A stretch of 64,000 bases of DNA from Octopus sinensis (Eukaryota): positions 21,328,001 to 21,392,000 of the forward strand of contig NC_043002.1 of NCBI RefSeq assembly GCF_006345805.1. Direction: 5' to 3'. A program made the position numbers and the translations under genes. The notes below the pieces were generated by a model. It saw nothing but the letters and a program-made list of their open reading frames with translations, was not told the origin of the DNA and did not search any database. Position 1 is the stretch's first letter. Each line of letters begins with the position of its first letter. Positions 51,309-64,000 of the stretch are shown in pieces.

Positions 51309-51616
51309 GTCTAAAGGATAGAGCATTAGAGTCTAACGAGTCGTCTATGAAGCTAAGCACTTTATGGATGCAAAATCATTGGTCACTCTATGACTGAGCA
51401 TATATTTAAATGCATGTAAATCTCTGTGTGTGTGTGTGTGTAGATATGTGTGTATATATTCTGTGTCGCTAAGTTATTTATTTATATTTATTGTTTACGC
51501 AGTAAGTTTCATGTAGTTCAATGTAAGAACCGAAAAACTCATTTCTTTTTAACGACGAACATACACAACGACATTTATTGTTTATCTTCTATAATAAAAT
51601 ATTAGTTGTGTATTTG

Positions 51617-52137
51617 CCGTAAATCCTCGAGTATAATCCGCATTTTTTCCCAAAATTTAAAGGTCAAAATCCTTAGTGTGTACTATATACGAGGTTAAAA
51701 ATGAAAAATATTTTCTAAGCAATGTCCGAGTCTCTATTTGCTGTCAGGCAATGTTTATTCAGACGCATTTTGTGATGTCGGGCGCGAAAATAACTGAAGC
51801 TAAACCTGAAAGCAATGAAGTCATAAAAGAATCATCCATAACATGCAGTAAGCAACATTTATTAAAATAAAAGTACTCAGAACACAGAATAAAATGTAAC
51901 AAAAACAAGTTGCAAACATATTTACATTCCCATATAACAGTTAAGAACATCACCATTATTGTATTACGCATGCACGGAAGTGTTTGTTCGACTAGGTGCT
52001 GCTGCCTTATTTTGCACGACTCAAGTTAGAGAAGGGGTGCGTATTATACACAAGGTTTAGGTTTTTCAAAGGTACAGCCCCTAAAAATCCCCTGCGTATT
52101 ATATACTCAAGGGCGGACTATACTCGAGGATTTACGG
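51617..52137 (-). mobile_element. Pogo/Tc-type MITE, shorter copy
   Basis: TIR CCGTAAATCCTCGAGTATA; inverted homolog of 56957-57925. Confidence 0.85.
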
Positions 52138-52566
52138 TATGCACATGCAAAAAGTCAGAGTTAGCTCGTTGTACATTGACAGAAGCGATGATCAAAGAGG
52201 TCGGACTGGAAACAGACTCATCGCAAAAAGAAACATCGTAATAAAACATCTGCTTAATTAAGCATGACACTGTATGTATATTAAAAACTACCAAGGATAT
52301 GTTATTCCATATATGTTCACAAACAGGTCAATGAAAGAAAGTTTAAATTACTTTTAGTAAAGTTTGATGCTCTGTTTAATGTATACGGGCAATATTTGAA
52401 ATGTATATATTGTGTATTTATATAGATAAATATGAACTGTTTAGTTCATGAAGATTGTAATAGATCTTATACAGAAACTCATATATATTAGCCATAGGGA
52501 ATAAATACAGCGAACGTAAATTAAATAAAATTTGTCTATTGTCATGTATGTATGTCTGTTTCACAG

Positions 52567-52613
52567 AATCAGCTTTAGATATACGACATGTCGTAATGAT
52601 ATTTATATTACAG
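52567..52613 (+). CDS. Candidate micro-exon (phase 2 to 1): ISFRYTTCRNDIYIT
   Basis: tgtctgtttcacAG acceptor and CAG|gtatat donor; joins in frame to 56214. Confidence 0.3.
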
Positions 52614-53989
52614 GTATATGGTATACATGCTTCACTGATTTTTGACAAAGCATACAAGTTTTGATAAACTTTCATCAGAATCTAGCCTGACAATATATAA
52701 TGTGTATAACAAGTTTATAACAAATATATGGAATATATGTTGTGTCAATGCATTTATTGAATACAGTTTTTGCTTATGTTTTTTTTTAATGTCATTTTTG
52801 GCGGCATGCATATACTAGCACACACACACGCAGGCACACACACACACGCAGGCACACACACACACGCGCGCGCGCGCGCATATATGCATATTAATGTTTG
52901 TTTTTATATCAAATTATAATAAATACAATTCAAAGATCTTTTCATTTTCATTGGCAGATCGAGAAATTAATTTTTTGTAACTAAACACTTTCAAACTTCG
53001 GACACTGGTAGAATGTGTTGTATAGAACATCTTTTACTTTTAGCGTTGTTGAGAAAAGTTCCTATTTACGAAGTTATTTCGTGTTAAAGTTGTCGTATTT
53101 CGGTAATTTCAACCAATCAATGACGTGTATTCAGCTGAATAAGATTACTGCTGTTGTTTTTCAACAACAACTATCGGCGGTGTTGCTGGCAAATGTAAAA
53201 CTGCTGTCAGAGAAAAACCATTGTTCCACCGTGAGAAAAGTTCTGTTGAATTGTTAATTTAAATTGGGCTATGGTGGATCGAATCCACTTCATGCCTACA
53301 AGAGAGATTCTGGAGGGTGTAGTACCTAACTTTGCGAGTAACCAACCTTCAGACTGGACGCCACTGCAAAGTAGCAAAGATTCCACATTTCTATATAGAG
53401 TGTGGGTCCAATACTGCAACGGTTTAGAGTTCAAGGGCCTATAACTTTTCCGTACATTGCTACAAATCCCAGAGATCTAGAAGGAATAGAACTGGATGTG
53501 GTTCAAAGAACATTTAGAAAAAATTTTGCTTTCAGTGACTTACATCACGGTAAAAAAACGTAAAGAAAGGCGTTTTCGTGCAGCTCACTTCTTCACCAAC
53601 ACCAGACTCAGAAAGAGGATTGGGGAAATGAATTGAAATAAATGAGCCTCCAGTTGAAACCAGTAAATTCTGTATTATACATACATACATACATACATAC
53701 TTACATACACACATACATACATACATACATCATACATACATACATACATACATACAACATACATACATACATACATACATACATACATACATACATACAT
53801 ACATACATACATACATGTACTTCCACGTATATATATATGTGTGTGTGTGTGTGTGGAAGTACGTGCATGTATGCATGTATGTATGTATGTATGTATGTAT
53901 AATACACAAGGTGCCGCGCAGTGGGACTGAACCTGGAACCATGTGGTTGGGAAGCAAGCTTCTTACCACACAGCCACTCCTGCGCCTAT

Positions 53990-54860
53990 ATATATATTCA
54001 ACCATAGGATGAATTTGATCAGATAAAATGCTTAAATAGTATTGACTATTAATTCTGCCATGAAGGGAAACCATTGGAGCGGCGGATTTCCATGATAGAG
54101 CCCCCCCCCCCCAGATCATTACATATCCTCCTCCATGTTTAACAGTTGGAAGAAGGCAGTCTGGATCAAATGCCTTTTTTGGCTGTCTCCACACGTATAC
54201 TCTGCCAGTGGTCGGAAATAAGGTAAAGGATGAATCGTCCGAGAAAATAACATTCTTCCACTGCTCTAGGGACCAACTCTGTAGGTTTTTACTCCACTCT
54301 ATACGCTTTGCAAAGTTTGTTTTTGAAAGTAGTGGTTTTCTGAGTGCAGCCCTCCCGTGAAATCTGGCTTTGTACTGCTCTCGGCGAACAGTTTCTGTGG
54401 AAAATGGGTTCTCGAGGTGGTCATTAAGCTCTGCAGTAATTTTGGGAGCTGCACTTTTGTGATCCTTTCTAACAATTCGCGTAAGAGTCCGACGGTCCCT
54501 ATCTGAAAGTTTTAGTGTTCTTCTGGAGTTTTGTTTCGACGAGGAGATTTTTTCCTCTTTCTCAAAGACTGTCATTGCTTTCGAGACAGTACTTCTTGAT
54601 ACACCAAACATTTCGACTCTTTTCGTTACTCTATCGCCGGCCATACGAACAACAACAATTTGACCGTTTTGAAAGTCCGATAGGTCAGTCATTTAATGAA
54701 TTTTAATTACCTTTTTCTGATGATACCTGAAAAGAATCAGCAATTTTAACAAAACATATTAAGCAACACTAATAATAAACAAGCTTTTGGCGGTTTTATA
54801 GATATTTCAAAATTATGATGCTATGATGCTAGGTGTTTCCATTATTTTGTTGAACTCCTG
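53990..54860 (-). mobile_element. Tc1-family transposon, left TIR and N-terminal two-thirds of the transposase
   Basis: TA|CAGGAGTTCAACAAAATAATGGAAACACC terminus; HTH region, VIFSDDS, TVKHGGG.VMIWG. Truncated before the second D and the E by a SINE fragment. Confidence 0.9.
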
Positions 54861-55029
54861 TATGTATATACATACATATATTTATGTATGGAATATGAAA
54901 TATTTTGTTCATTTGCTACTCTCTGATTGCAGTTACGCGAAAACACTACCTTCAAGAATTTAAGCAGATTTTATCGAACCCGGTACTTTACTTACACACT
55001 GATTTATCTGAAATCTGTTGCTGATACTG

Positions 55030-55089
<60 letters not shown>

Positions 55090-55267
55090 CAATTAATAGA
55101 GACAGACTCATCTTGATTTCCAACTCAACGTGGAGGTTGTGTCAGAACACAGTATTTTGTGTTCTAACACAGTCTCTATGTTAAGTTGGAGATCAATATT
55201 ACCATATGTATGTATGTATGTATGTGTTCGTATATATATTATCGCATTCATATATGTATATATGTAT

Positions 55268-55299
<32 letters not shown>

Positions 55300-55435
55300 T
55301 GTACGTATGTAATTCATGACGGGCTTGCGCAGAGTTTCTATCTCGTAAATTTTATTCACAAGTCTTTGGTCAGCTCAAACTTGTAGAAAACATATTCACT
55401 GCCACTTTTGGAATGAAACATAGAACAATGTAGGG

Positions 55436-55960
55436 CAAGACTTCGCCCCCAACCCCATCCCCCCCCAAAAACACCCTTAAATTTTTTTTTTTTTTTTCCG
55501 ACACAAACCCCGCTTTTCGGCTACGGGGAATACGAATCTGCAAAAAAAATTGGCAAAATTCGACAGTTCTAAATTACCACCCCCACCCCCATTTCCTTCA
55601 TTTTTAGCTTTTTTTTCACAATTTTTTTTAATATGCGGAAAAATACGGAGATTATGATTCTGAAAAAAATTTCCAAAAATCTTTGTAAAATTTTTTTAAG
55701 AATTTTTTTTTCTAAATATGCGGAAAAATACGGACATCATGATTCCGACAAAAATTGCAAAACATTTCTGTACTTACGGTTTTAGGCTTAGGATTAGGGT
55801 TAGAGTTAGGCTTAGTATTAGGGATTTAGGGTTAGGGTTAGTGTTGGGGAAAAAAGTCAAAATTGAAGAAGTTGGGTGAAAGGGAGGAAAATTTTCACAA
55901 TGCCGATTTTTTGGCAATTTTCCGGAACCTCCGTATCCGAAAACGGTGATTTTTGGCAAA
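55436..55960. mobile_element. Unclassified repeat with internal duplications and a degenerate (TTAGGG)n block
   Basis: Duplicated TTTTTTT..ATATGCGGAAAAATACGGA; TTAGGG-like units at 55782-55845. Confidence 0.5.
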
Positions 55961-56213
55961 AGAAATTACAAGAATAAACAAATTTGGGAGAAAAGGAGTG
56001 AGTGGAACGGGTGGGAGTCTTTCCTAATGTGGTTGCGAAGCAAACATGCTAACCAAACAACCAAACTCTTACTTTTTTTACTTTTTTTTTGCGTGGGGAG
56101 ATAATCAGAGTCAGAAGGACAATATTCAGTGTTTGCAAGTTTCCCCAGACTGGTGGATGGAAACTGAGTAAGAAGCCATGAGTAGCTTATCCGCATTGGT
56201 TCATTTTCAACAG

Positions 56214-56358
56214 ACTGGACACTGAACAAGACTGGGTGTGTTAAACCGGGTGATGCATTACGTCTGATATTTTTTGCTTATCCAGAACGACAAGGAGATC
56301 AAAGTAAACTACTCAGATATAATGATCAAAGATTGGAAACAGAAGTCTGTACATTAAG
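56214..56358 (+). CDS. Candidate internal coding exon (phase 1 to 2) of an unidentified gene
   Basis: ttcattttcaacAG acceptor, AG|gtaagt donor, 145 nt with exactly one open frame: WTLNKTGCVKPGDALRLIFFAYPERQGDQSKLLRYNDQRLETEVCTL. Confidence 0.45.
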
Positions 56359-56956
56359 GTAAGTGTATTGATTTGTCTATATTGCAAGAATGAAAGAGAA
56401 AGAAAAGCTTGCTGATAGTTGAATTCAGTTTGTAGATAAAGCAACAGAAGTCTGTGTGAGGTATTTAGTCTAAATACTCTGTTGTTCTTCGCATTCTACA
56501 AACCTTTAATAATAATTGTTTCAAACTTTGGTAAAAGGCCAGCAACTGGGAAAAGAGCCAGTCGATGACGTTGACTTCACTAGATCACGGATACTTTATT
56601 TTATCGACCCCGAAAAGATGAAAAGCAGAGTTGGAATTTGAGTTCTGAATGTAAAGACGGAAGAAATGCTGCAGAGCATTTTGTCCGCTGCGGTAACAAT
56701 TCTGCCATTTTCCCGCCTTGATGACAACAACCTCAACAATAATGATAATAATGATGATCATGATGATGATAATGAGGACGACGACGACGTGGAGGAAGAG
56801 GAGGAAGATTTAAAATTTTGGGACAAAGCCAGCAGTTTTAGGAGACGGGGTTAAGTCGATTACATCAACTCCAGCAATTAAAAGATACTTTATTTTATCG
56901 ACTCCGCAAGAATGAAAGGTAAAGTTGACCAAATAAAAATAATCATTTCCAAATTA

Positions 56957-57925
56957 CCGTAAATCCTCGAGTATAGTCCGCCCTTGGGTATAATACGCAG
57001 GGGATTTTTAGGGGGCTGTACCTCTGAAAAACCTAAACCTTGTGTGCAATACGCACCCCTTCTCTAACTTGAGTCAAGGAGGTCTATACAACGTCCTTGG
57101 TTTGTAAAAATGTATATGGTAACGTCCTTTATTATTGCCTTATTGCCTTCTTTATCTTTGACATCTGTTTAATTCCATCTTTATTTCTTCTCCATAACCT
57201 GACATTGCTTCTGTCAACATCAAATTCTCTTCCAGCGGCCCTATTACCATGCTCTTCAGCATATGATATAACTTCAAGTTTAAACATAGCTGAATAAGAT
57301 CTACGAGGCATTTTATGGGCATGTAATGTATAAAATGTTTTATTGGAGATTAATGTACAAGTTTAAGTCTCGCTTATAAAAAAAACCTAGTAAAGACCCA
57401 CTGTAGTTCAAACACTTAATACTGGTATTTAATTAAGTATCTATTGTTTGCAACGGTAATAATGCAAACTGTCAATACAAACAGCAGGATGAACTATTTA
57501 GCGCTAAACTATTAAGCACAATTCGTGCGTAATTAAGCCAGCAGTACCTAGTCGAACAAACACTTCTGCGCATGCGTAATAAAATAATGGTGATGTTCTT
57601 AACTGTTATATGGGAATGTAAATATGTTTGCAAATTGTTTTTGTTACATGTTATTCTGTTCTGAATACTTTTACTTTAATAAATGTTGCTTATTGTAAGT
57701 TATGGATGATTCTTTTATGACTTCATTGCTTTCAGGCTTAGCTTAAGGTATTTTCACGCACGACATCACAAAATGCGTCTGAATAAACATTGCCGGACAG
57801 CAAATAGAGACTCGGACATTGCTTAGAAAATATTTTTCCTTTTTAACCTCGTATATAGTACGCACTAGGGATTTTGACATTTAAATTTTGGGGGGAAAAT
57901 GAGGATTATACTCGAGGATTTACGG
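56957..57925 (+). mobile_element. Pogo/Tc-type MITE, longer copy
   Basis: TA|CCGTAAATCCTCGAGTATA ... TATACTCGAGGATTTACGG|TA. Confidence 0.9.
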
Positions 57926-58460
57926 TAGTCACAAGATGTAAGGGACAATACAAATGACAGGATCAAATTGGGTACAAAGAAAATAACAACAGCAGGTATC
58001 GGTAAAATACGAGGTAAAATCCCCAACAAGAAGGACAACTGCAAAGGGTCACACAAAAAGCCCATAGATCCATAATTACCCTAATAACTACGATCAGGTG
58101 ACCTCTACCACTCCTCATTTTCCGGTTTACAAATATATAGTGAGAAGGCCTCTTTCTTAGAAGTCAGTCATCTGCTTTCACTTATCTTTCAAAAAATTTA
58201 AAGAGGGAAGCATCTTCCTCTTTGCACTCATTTTCCTCTCTTAATGACACTTCAAAAATGTTGAGTGTTTGGTGGAAGGGAAAATATTTGTAACAAGGCG
58301 ACCTCTATCGCTGCAGCCATAAGACAAAAGAAAACTATCTTGATCGAGAGTTTGTTCTTTTTGGATTTACTACACACACACACACACATATATAATACAT
58401 ATATATACATATATTATACGCATGTATATATGTGTATATATACGTATATACATGTATATA

Positions 58461-58510
<50 letters not shown>

Positions 58511-58636
58511 TATTTGTGGTGTCCTGTACTCACGTATATATATTTATATATGCATGTATATATACATGTAGATGTAGGTACGTACATATATGTATGTATG
58601 TATGCATATATTTTACTTATTACACAATTATATATA

Positions 58637-58667
<31 letters not shown>

Positions 58668-60337
58668 AAAGAGAGAGAGAGAGATTTATATCTATATATA
58701 TGCATATATGCGTATATATGCATATAAACTTACATATGCATAAAAATGTATATGTACATATATGCTACATATATTTATTATGCATATATTCATACACACA
58801 CACATACATACGCACACATATATATATATATACGTGCTTGTGTGTGTGTGTGTGAATGTATGGATGGATAGACGGGTGGATGGATGGATGGTGGATGGAT
58901 GGATGGATGGATGGATGGATGGATGGATATTCACACATACAATACACATCATTTCATGTTTTTAAGCATGATTACTTATTTTTTTTATCATTAGGTTTTT
59001 GTGCAATTGACTTTCTAGTGAAGCCAAAACAATGCAAAATAAACAGCAATTAGGATAGTTAGAAGTATTAGACGTCTTTGATTGGTCAATTTGGTCGATG
59101 ACGTCGAGTACTTTTTGTTAGGATTCGGGAGGTGGTTCTGCTTTGAAGTTAACCATTTCTAACAGAGATATGTAATGAGCACTTTTTGTATTTTATTCCC
59201 ACGAGATAATAAAGACAATTGTGCGTGCGTGTGTGTGTTCATGCGTGTATGTGTGTGTGTGTGTGAATATGTTTCCGTGTGTGTTTTGTTTGTGTGTGTA
59301 TATGTGTATGTGTATGTGTATGTATGGTTGCTTGTGCGTTTCTGTATATAAGGCATATCTGTCTATCTATGTCTGCCTGTCTGTCTGTCTGTCTGTCAGT
59401 CTCTCTGTTTATCTCTTTATCTATCTTTATACACACACACACATGTATATACTATTTATATATATACACACACACATGTTTATATATATATATATATATA
59501 TATATATTATGCGTGTATACATATATATACATATATATATACGCACACACACATGTATATATATTTATATACATGTGTGTATATAAATATACACACATAT
59601 ATTTATGTGTGTATATATATGTGTGTGTGAGTGTGTATGTGTGTGTGTATGCGTGTGCATACAGGCTAGTGCCAACACAAAACACACAACATTTACAGAT
59701 ACATCTGTGTATGTGTATAAAATTTTATGCATGTGCATGTAAGTCTGTATGTATGTATGTATGTATGTATGTATGTATGTATGTATGTATGCATGCATGC
59801 ATGTACGTACGTACGTACGTACGTACGTACGTACGTATGTATGTATGTATGTATGTATGTATGTATGTACGTACGTACGTACGTACGTATGTATGTATGT
59901 ATGTATGTATGTATGTATGTATGTATGTATGTTTGTAGACACAAAAGAGAAATATCACATCAGCATCCCCAGCACCAACATAAACAACATCAAGAACAAT
60001 GCTTCAATATCTGTCGAGCATCAGATTAACTAAAAATCAATAAAGTCAAATATACAATATCATTCATTCACTAGTATTTTTTTTTACCTCGTGGCATAGT
60101 TATTCGTCGCGAGCTTTTTAATAGTGCTTGGATGAAATATGTTAACGCGAGCTTATCTTCAGTCTTAGGTCAGTTTGTTGAAGGTGTGCTTGGCTGAAAA
60201 GACTTAGTAATTAAAATCTATCCAGTATCCATAGACCCCTGTCATTTAATTTTCCAGGAGTGAAATGTCGTTATCAGTTAAGCTTGACGTGCGTGCGTGT
60301 GTGTGTGCGTGTGTGTGTGCGCGTGCGCGCGCGCGTG

Positions 60338-60370
<33 letters not shown>

Positions 60371-60543
60371 TTACAATAGGCTAATCAGGAGTTCCTCCAT
60401 TTTCGTTTGGTTTGCTAGTTTTCCTTTCTGTCACTACGTAGTAAGATGAAGAGAGAAAATAGTAGCTGTGCCGAGAGTGACGGAAGAAGCAGAAAGAAAG
60501 TATCATAAAAACTGGTGGGTAGATAGCTAACTGGATAGATATG

Positions 60544-60584
<41 letters not shown>

Positions 60585-61678
60585 TGATAAAGAAAAATAT
60601 ATGCATACATAGAAACATATATGTACGTACCTACATCTACATGTATATATACATGCATATATAAATAATTATACGTGAGTACAGGACATCACAAAAAGAC
60701 ATAGAAACGGAAAAAACCAAAAAACAAAAAACAAGAAAACGAAAAACGAAAAACAAGAAAACGAAAAACAATTACAGGACGAGCTACACAAGGACAAAAA
60801 TCCCCGTCATCAGCTGTCGCTAGTGGAGTCAGGCATGTTTCGAAGGCATAGACAGAACACTAATCCAATAAGCCTTCCTGCGAGAGAATTAAAATAAAAT
60901 TCCAAGCAGCGGGGCAAAATGAGTACGAACACAAACAAGACGTAACAATAAGACTGCAAAATTAAAATACATGTACAAAAAATACAATTAATTACAAAAC
61001 GAGAAAATAAAAAGAGAAATACGATACAGGAAATCAAACACACAAGAGGACGAACGAAAAAGCCTTTTTTTGGCATAGACAAACAATAAAACTGCAAAAA
61101 TAAAAATACATGTACAAAAAATACAATTAGTTACAACGAGAAAATAAAAAGAATACAATACAGGAAATCAACCACACAAGGGGACGAACGAATCCCAATG
61201 TGTTCATTTATCTATTCTGAGAGTAAGAAAGTTAGCAAAACAGGGAGTCAAGTGAGCAGGCAGTGTAATATAAAGAGGAATGAGTAAAAGAATGAAGAGA
61301 GAAAGACTCAGTGCAAATAAGCGAGAGCTGCAACGATAAGACACAACTCTACGATAGAAATAAAGAATTAGAAAGGAATCGTAATAAAATAACAAAGGTA
61401 TAGAGTGAATTACTGACAGAGAGATGAGGGTGAGAGAGAAATGGAAAAGGATTCCTTATGATTTTTATTTGCTTATGTGCTGCGACGTAGCATATGTGAT
61501 GGAAAATTGAATTACGAATTAAAAGCAACTCTAGTAATGTAAACTTCATCGGTCACGCATACATAGCGTATGTACTTTGTTTAAACGCCTATTTGCTTCA
61601 GGGTAGCTGCCAAAGAAAGCTCCTTATACGACGCCGATTTTTAAACAACACAAAGTATCCCAAACGAGGCGAGACTAG

Positions 61679-64000
61679 TGTTGTAGGGAATTAGTACTAA
61701 TGGTATACTCCCCACCATGTGACGAAGGGAATAACCTAGTCACTATAAATAAAGAGAAGTACGTGAAGTACCGGAGTACGTAGTAGGCCGGTCAGAGATA
61801 GTCGTGTCTTTACTGGTTTTACTAAGTATACTGTATACCGAAGTGGGTGTTATATCAACCCAACATTAAAAGGATTATAACAGTGGTGACGAGGAATTAA
61901 TAAACTCGACGAGGATACACCAATTCACGTGGAGTTAATAGAAACTCGAAGAGGAGTTAATAAAATCACAAAGTTTTGTTGTGCGAATTTTACAAAAAAA
62001 AAAGAAAGAAAAAATCGTACAATTATGGAAAATTTGTCGGACATTTTGCTCGGGTTGCAAAAACAGCAACAGCAATTGAAAGAACAAAAGCAGCAGCAGC
62101 TAAAACTGCAAGAACAACAGCTGAAGCAACAACAACAGCAGATACAACTTCAAGACCAACAACAGAAGCAACAACAACAAATAATATCATAAATAGTATG
62201 TCATCAGACACACTATTTATAATAGTATGTTTTCAAAATTTATATATAATGTAACATTTCGAGGTCAAGCAAAAAAGGTAAAACTATATGTGTTAAAAAG
62301 TTCACTTAATTTATTCGGCACAGAGTGTATGGAATATTTATAATATGGAATACGGCCATAAGTGTTTTGTGTGGAAATTTAGTCGGTTCAGTCGAAGGTT
62401 TAAAATGCAGCTCTGGGATAAAACAGAAAATTGCAGTAAACCAGAGTGGAACACCAGTATGTATGTCATAACGAAATGAAAAACTGCCCACGATAATAAG
62501 TAAACATTGTTCGAAAGTAGATGTACCGTGGTCGAGACTACACATCGACTTCGCTGGTCCTTTAAATGGTTCTTAGTACTTAGTAGTAGTTAACAGTTTC
62601 TCGATATGGCCTGAAATTTGTAAGTGTAAAAAACCAACCTCCTCAACTGTGATAAATTTTTTACACGAACTGCTTGCAAGATTTAGCATCCCAGACTAGA
62701 TAGTGTCTGACAATAAAAGATAATTTGTGTCTGTTGAATTTTAAATTTTTTGTGAAATGTTCGTGGTAGAGCATATAGCTACTGCACCATACCGTTCTAG
62801 ATAGAACGGACAGGCAGAACTCTTTGTCAATACCTTCAAGAGGTCTCTAAGAAAGACGAGTGAGGGCGCGTGGCTTAGTGGTTAGGGCATTCGGCTCATG
62901 ATCGTAAGGTTGTGAGTTCGATTCCCAGCGACGCGTTGTGTCCCTGAGCAAGACACTTTATTTCACGTTGCTCCAGTCCACTCAGCTGGCAAAAATGAGT
63001 TGTACTTGTATTTCAAAGGGTCAGCCTTGTCACTCTCTGTGTCACGCTGATTTTCCCCGAGAACTACGTTAAGGGTACACGTGTCTGTGGAATGCTCAGC
63101 CATTTGCACGTTAATTTCACGAGCAAGCTGTTCCGTTGATCGTATCAGCTGGGACCCTCGTCGTCGTAACCGGCGGAGTCTTTTTTTTAAGAAAGACGAA
63201 TAAGGAAGTCACTGATGAGGTAGCTCTACAACAGTTTTTAAAAGTGTACTGTGTGACACTAAATCCGAATACACCAACAGGTAAATCACCTGCGGAGCTG
63301 ATGTTTGCGAGGAAAGTAAAATCAGTCTTCCATAAATTGCTACCAGGCAAGAAGAGAAAAAGTGCCAGGGAAAATTTAGGAACATTCTTAAAAGTTGGTG
63401 AAACGGTGTATATGAGGGCATACAAGAAAGGAAAGCAGAGTTGGGAAGATGACGTAATTACTAAATGCATAGGTAAAATGAAGTATTGGGTAAAAAGTAG
63501 AAAAGGCATACAAAAGAGACACGGAAACCAACTGAAAAATAGATTCGTAGAAAGCGAACCAAAGAAGTTGGAGAACCAACCGAATGGTTGTACGATACAT
63601 TCCAAGTACCAACGCCACTGCAGGTGATTGAACCCAGGTGTACAAGTGAAAGCAAAAGGAAACATACAGAGTTCCTGAAAACAGATGCCAAGTGCAAAAA
63701 ATATTCAATTGTTCGAGATAAAAAAAACTAAAAAAGAGAAGGTGGAGTGAATGAAAAAAATTATTGCTAAATAAAAAGACACTTCCTAAGAAAAACTTAA
63801 AAGGGAGATGTTGGAGGGAGTTAGCAATAATGATACACCCCTTCTACGTGACGAATGGAATAATTTAGTCGTTATAAGTGAAAAAAGAAGTACGTGAAGT
63901 ACCAGAGTGGAGTACATAGTAGGGGGTCAGAGATAGTCTTTACTGCTTCTACTAAGTATACTGTATACCGAAGTGGGCGTTATATCAATCCAACATGTTA
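61679..64000 (+). mobile_element. Ty3/Gypsy LTR retrotransposon, internally deleted
   Basis: 5' LTR 61679-61882 (TG..CA), PBS-like TGGTGACGAGG, Gln-rich gag start, integrase PWSRLHIDFAGP...IVSDN...GKSPAELMF, PPT AAAAGGGAGA, and 3' LTR from 63809 to the window end. Confidence 0.9.
62860..63187 (+). mobile_element. SINE family C, full length, inserted in the Gypsy integrase
   Basis: 12-bp TSD TAAGAAAGACGA at 62848-62859 and 63188-63199; tRNA-like head with GAGTTCGATTCCC. Confidence 0.92.

Noticed and set aside
59010-59160. Minus-strand possible terminal exon with a hydrophobic tail ([20 protein letters not shown])
   Set aside because: Moderate acceptor, no partner exon, and hydrophobic runs are common by chance in AT-rich DNA.
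60800-60900. Possible hammerhead on the minus strand (GAAGGC...GCCTTC-GAAACATG; separate CTGATGA)
   Set aside because: The CUGANGA core is missing at the required position, and the separate CTGATGA has no matching GAAA.
62860-62945. tRNA-like sequences at SINE heads (also 593, 18133, 20192, 45164)
   Set aside because: They continue into shared SINE bodies, some with TSDs, and lack clean cloverleafs; not tRNA genes.

Overview
AT-rich eukaryotic DNA, almost entirely microsatellites and transposable-element (TE) debris. The SINE families and repeat landscape point to an octopod cephalopod (Octopus-like); this is an inference from remembered repeat families. There are no prokaryotic features, rRNA, true tRNA genes or CRISPR arrays. 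Most ORFs in the supplied track are microsatellite artefacts. Recognisable TE coding sequence: a stop-free CR1-group LINE reverse transcriptase (2.2-4.7 kb), two RTE LINE pieces, two families of R4/Dong-type LINEs with a restriction-like endonuclease (RLE), Tc1 and hAT transposase relics, Helitron pieces, and an internally deleted Gypsy element at the right end. Non-coding TEs include three or four tRNA-derived SINE families and several MITEs. Main observations: (1) an RLE LINE family found only inside (CATA)n tracts, alongside a Dong-like family found only inside (TAA)n; (2) hammerhead-ribozyme motifs of the Penelope/retrozyme type, including an intact one in a 172-bp-arm foldback; (3) a head-to-tail Helitron array; (4) SINEs with recurrent internal multimers; (5) a few phase-compatible candidate exons of an unidentified host gene. 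All coordinates, alignments and folds were read by eye; no searches or folding programs were run.
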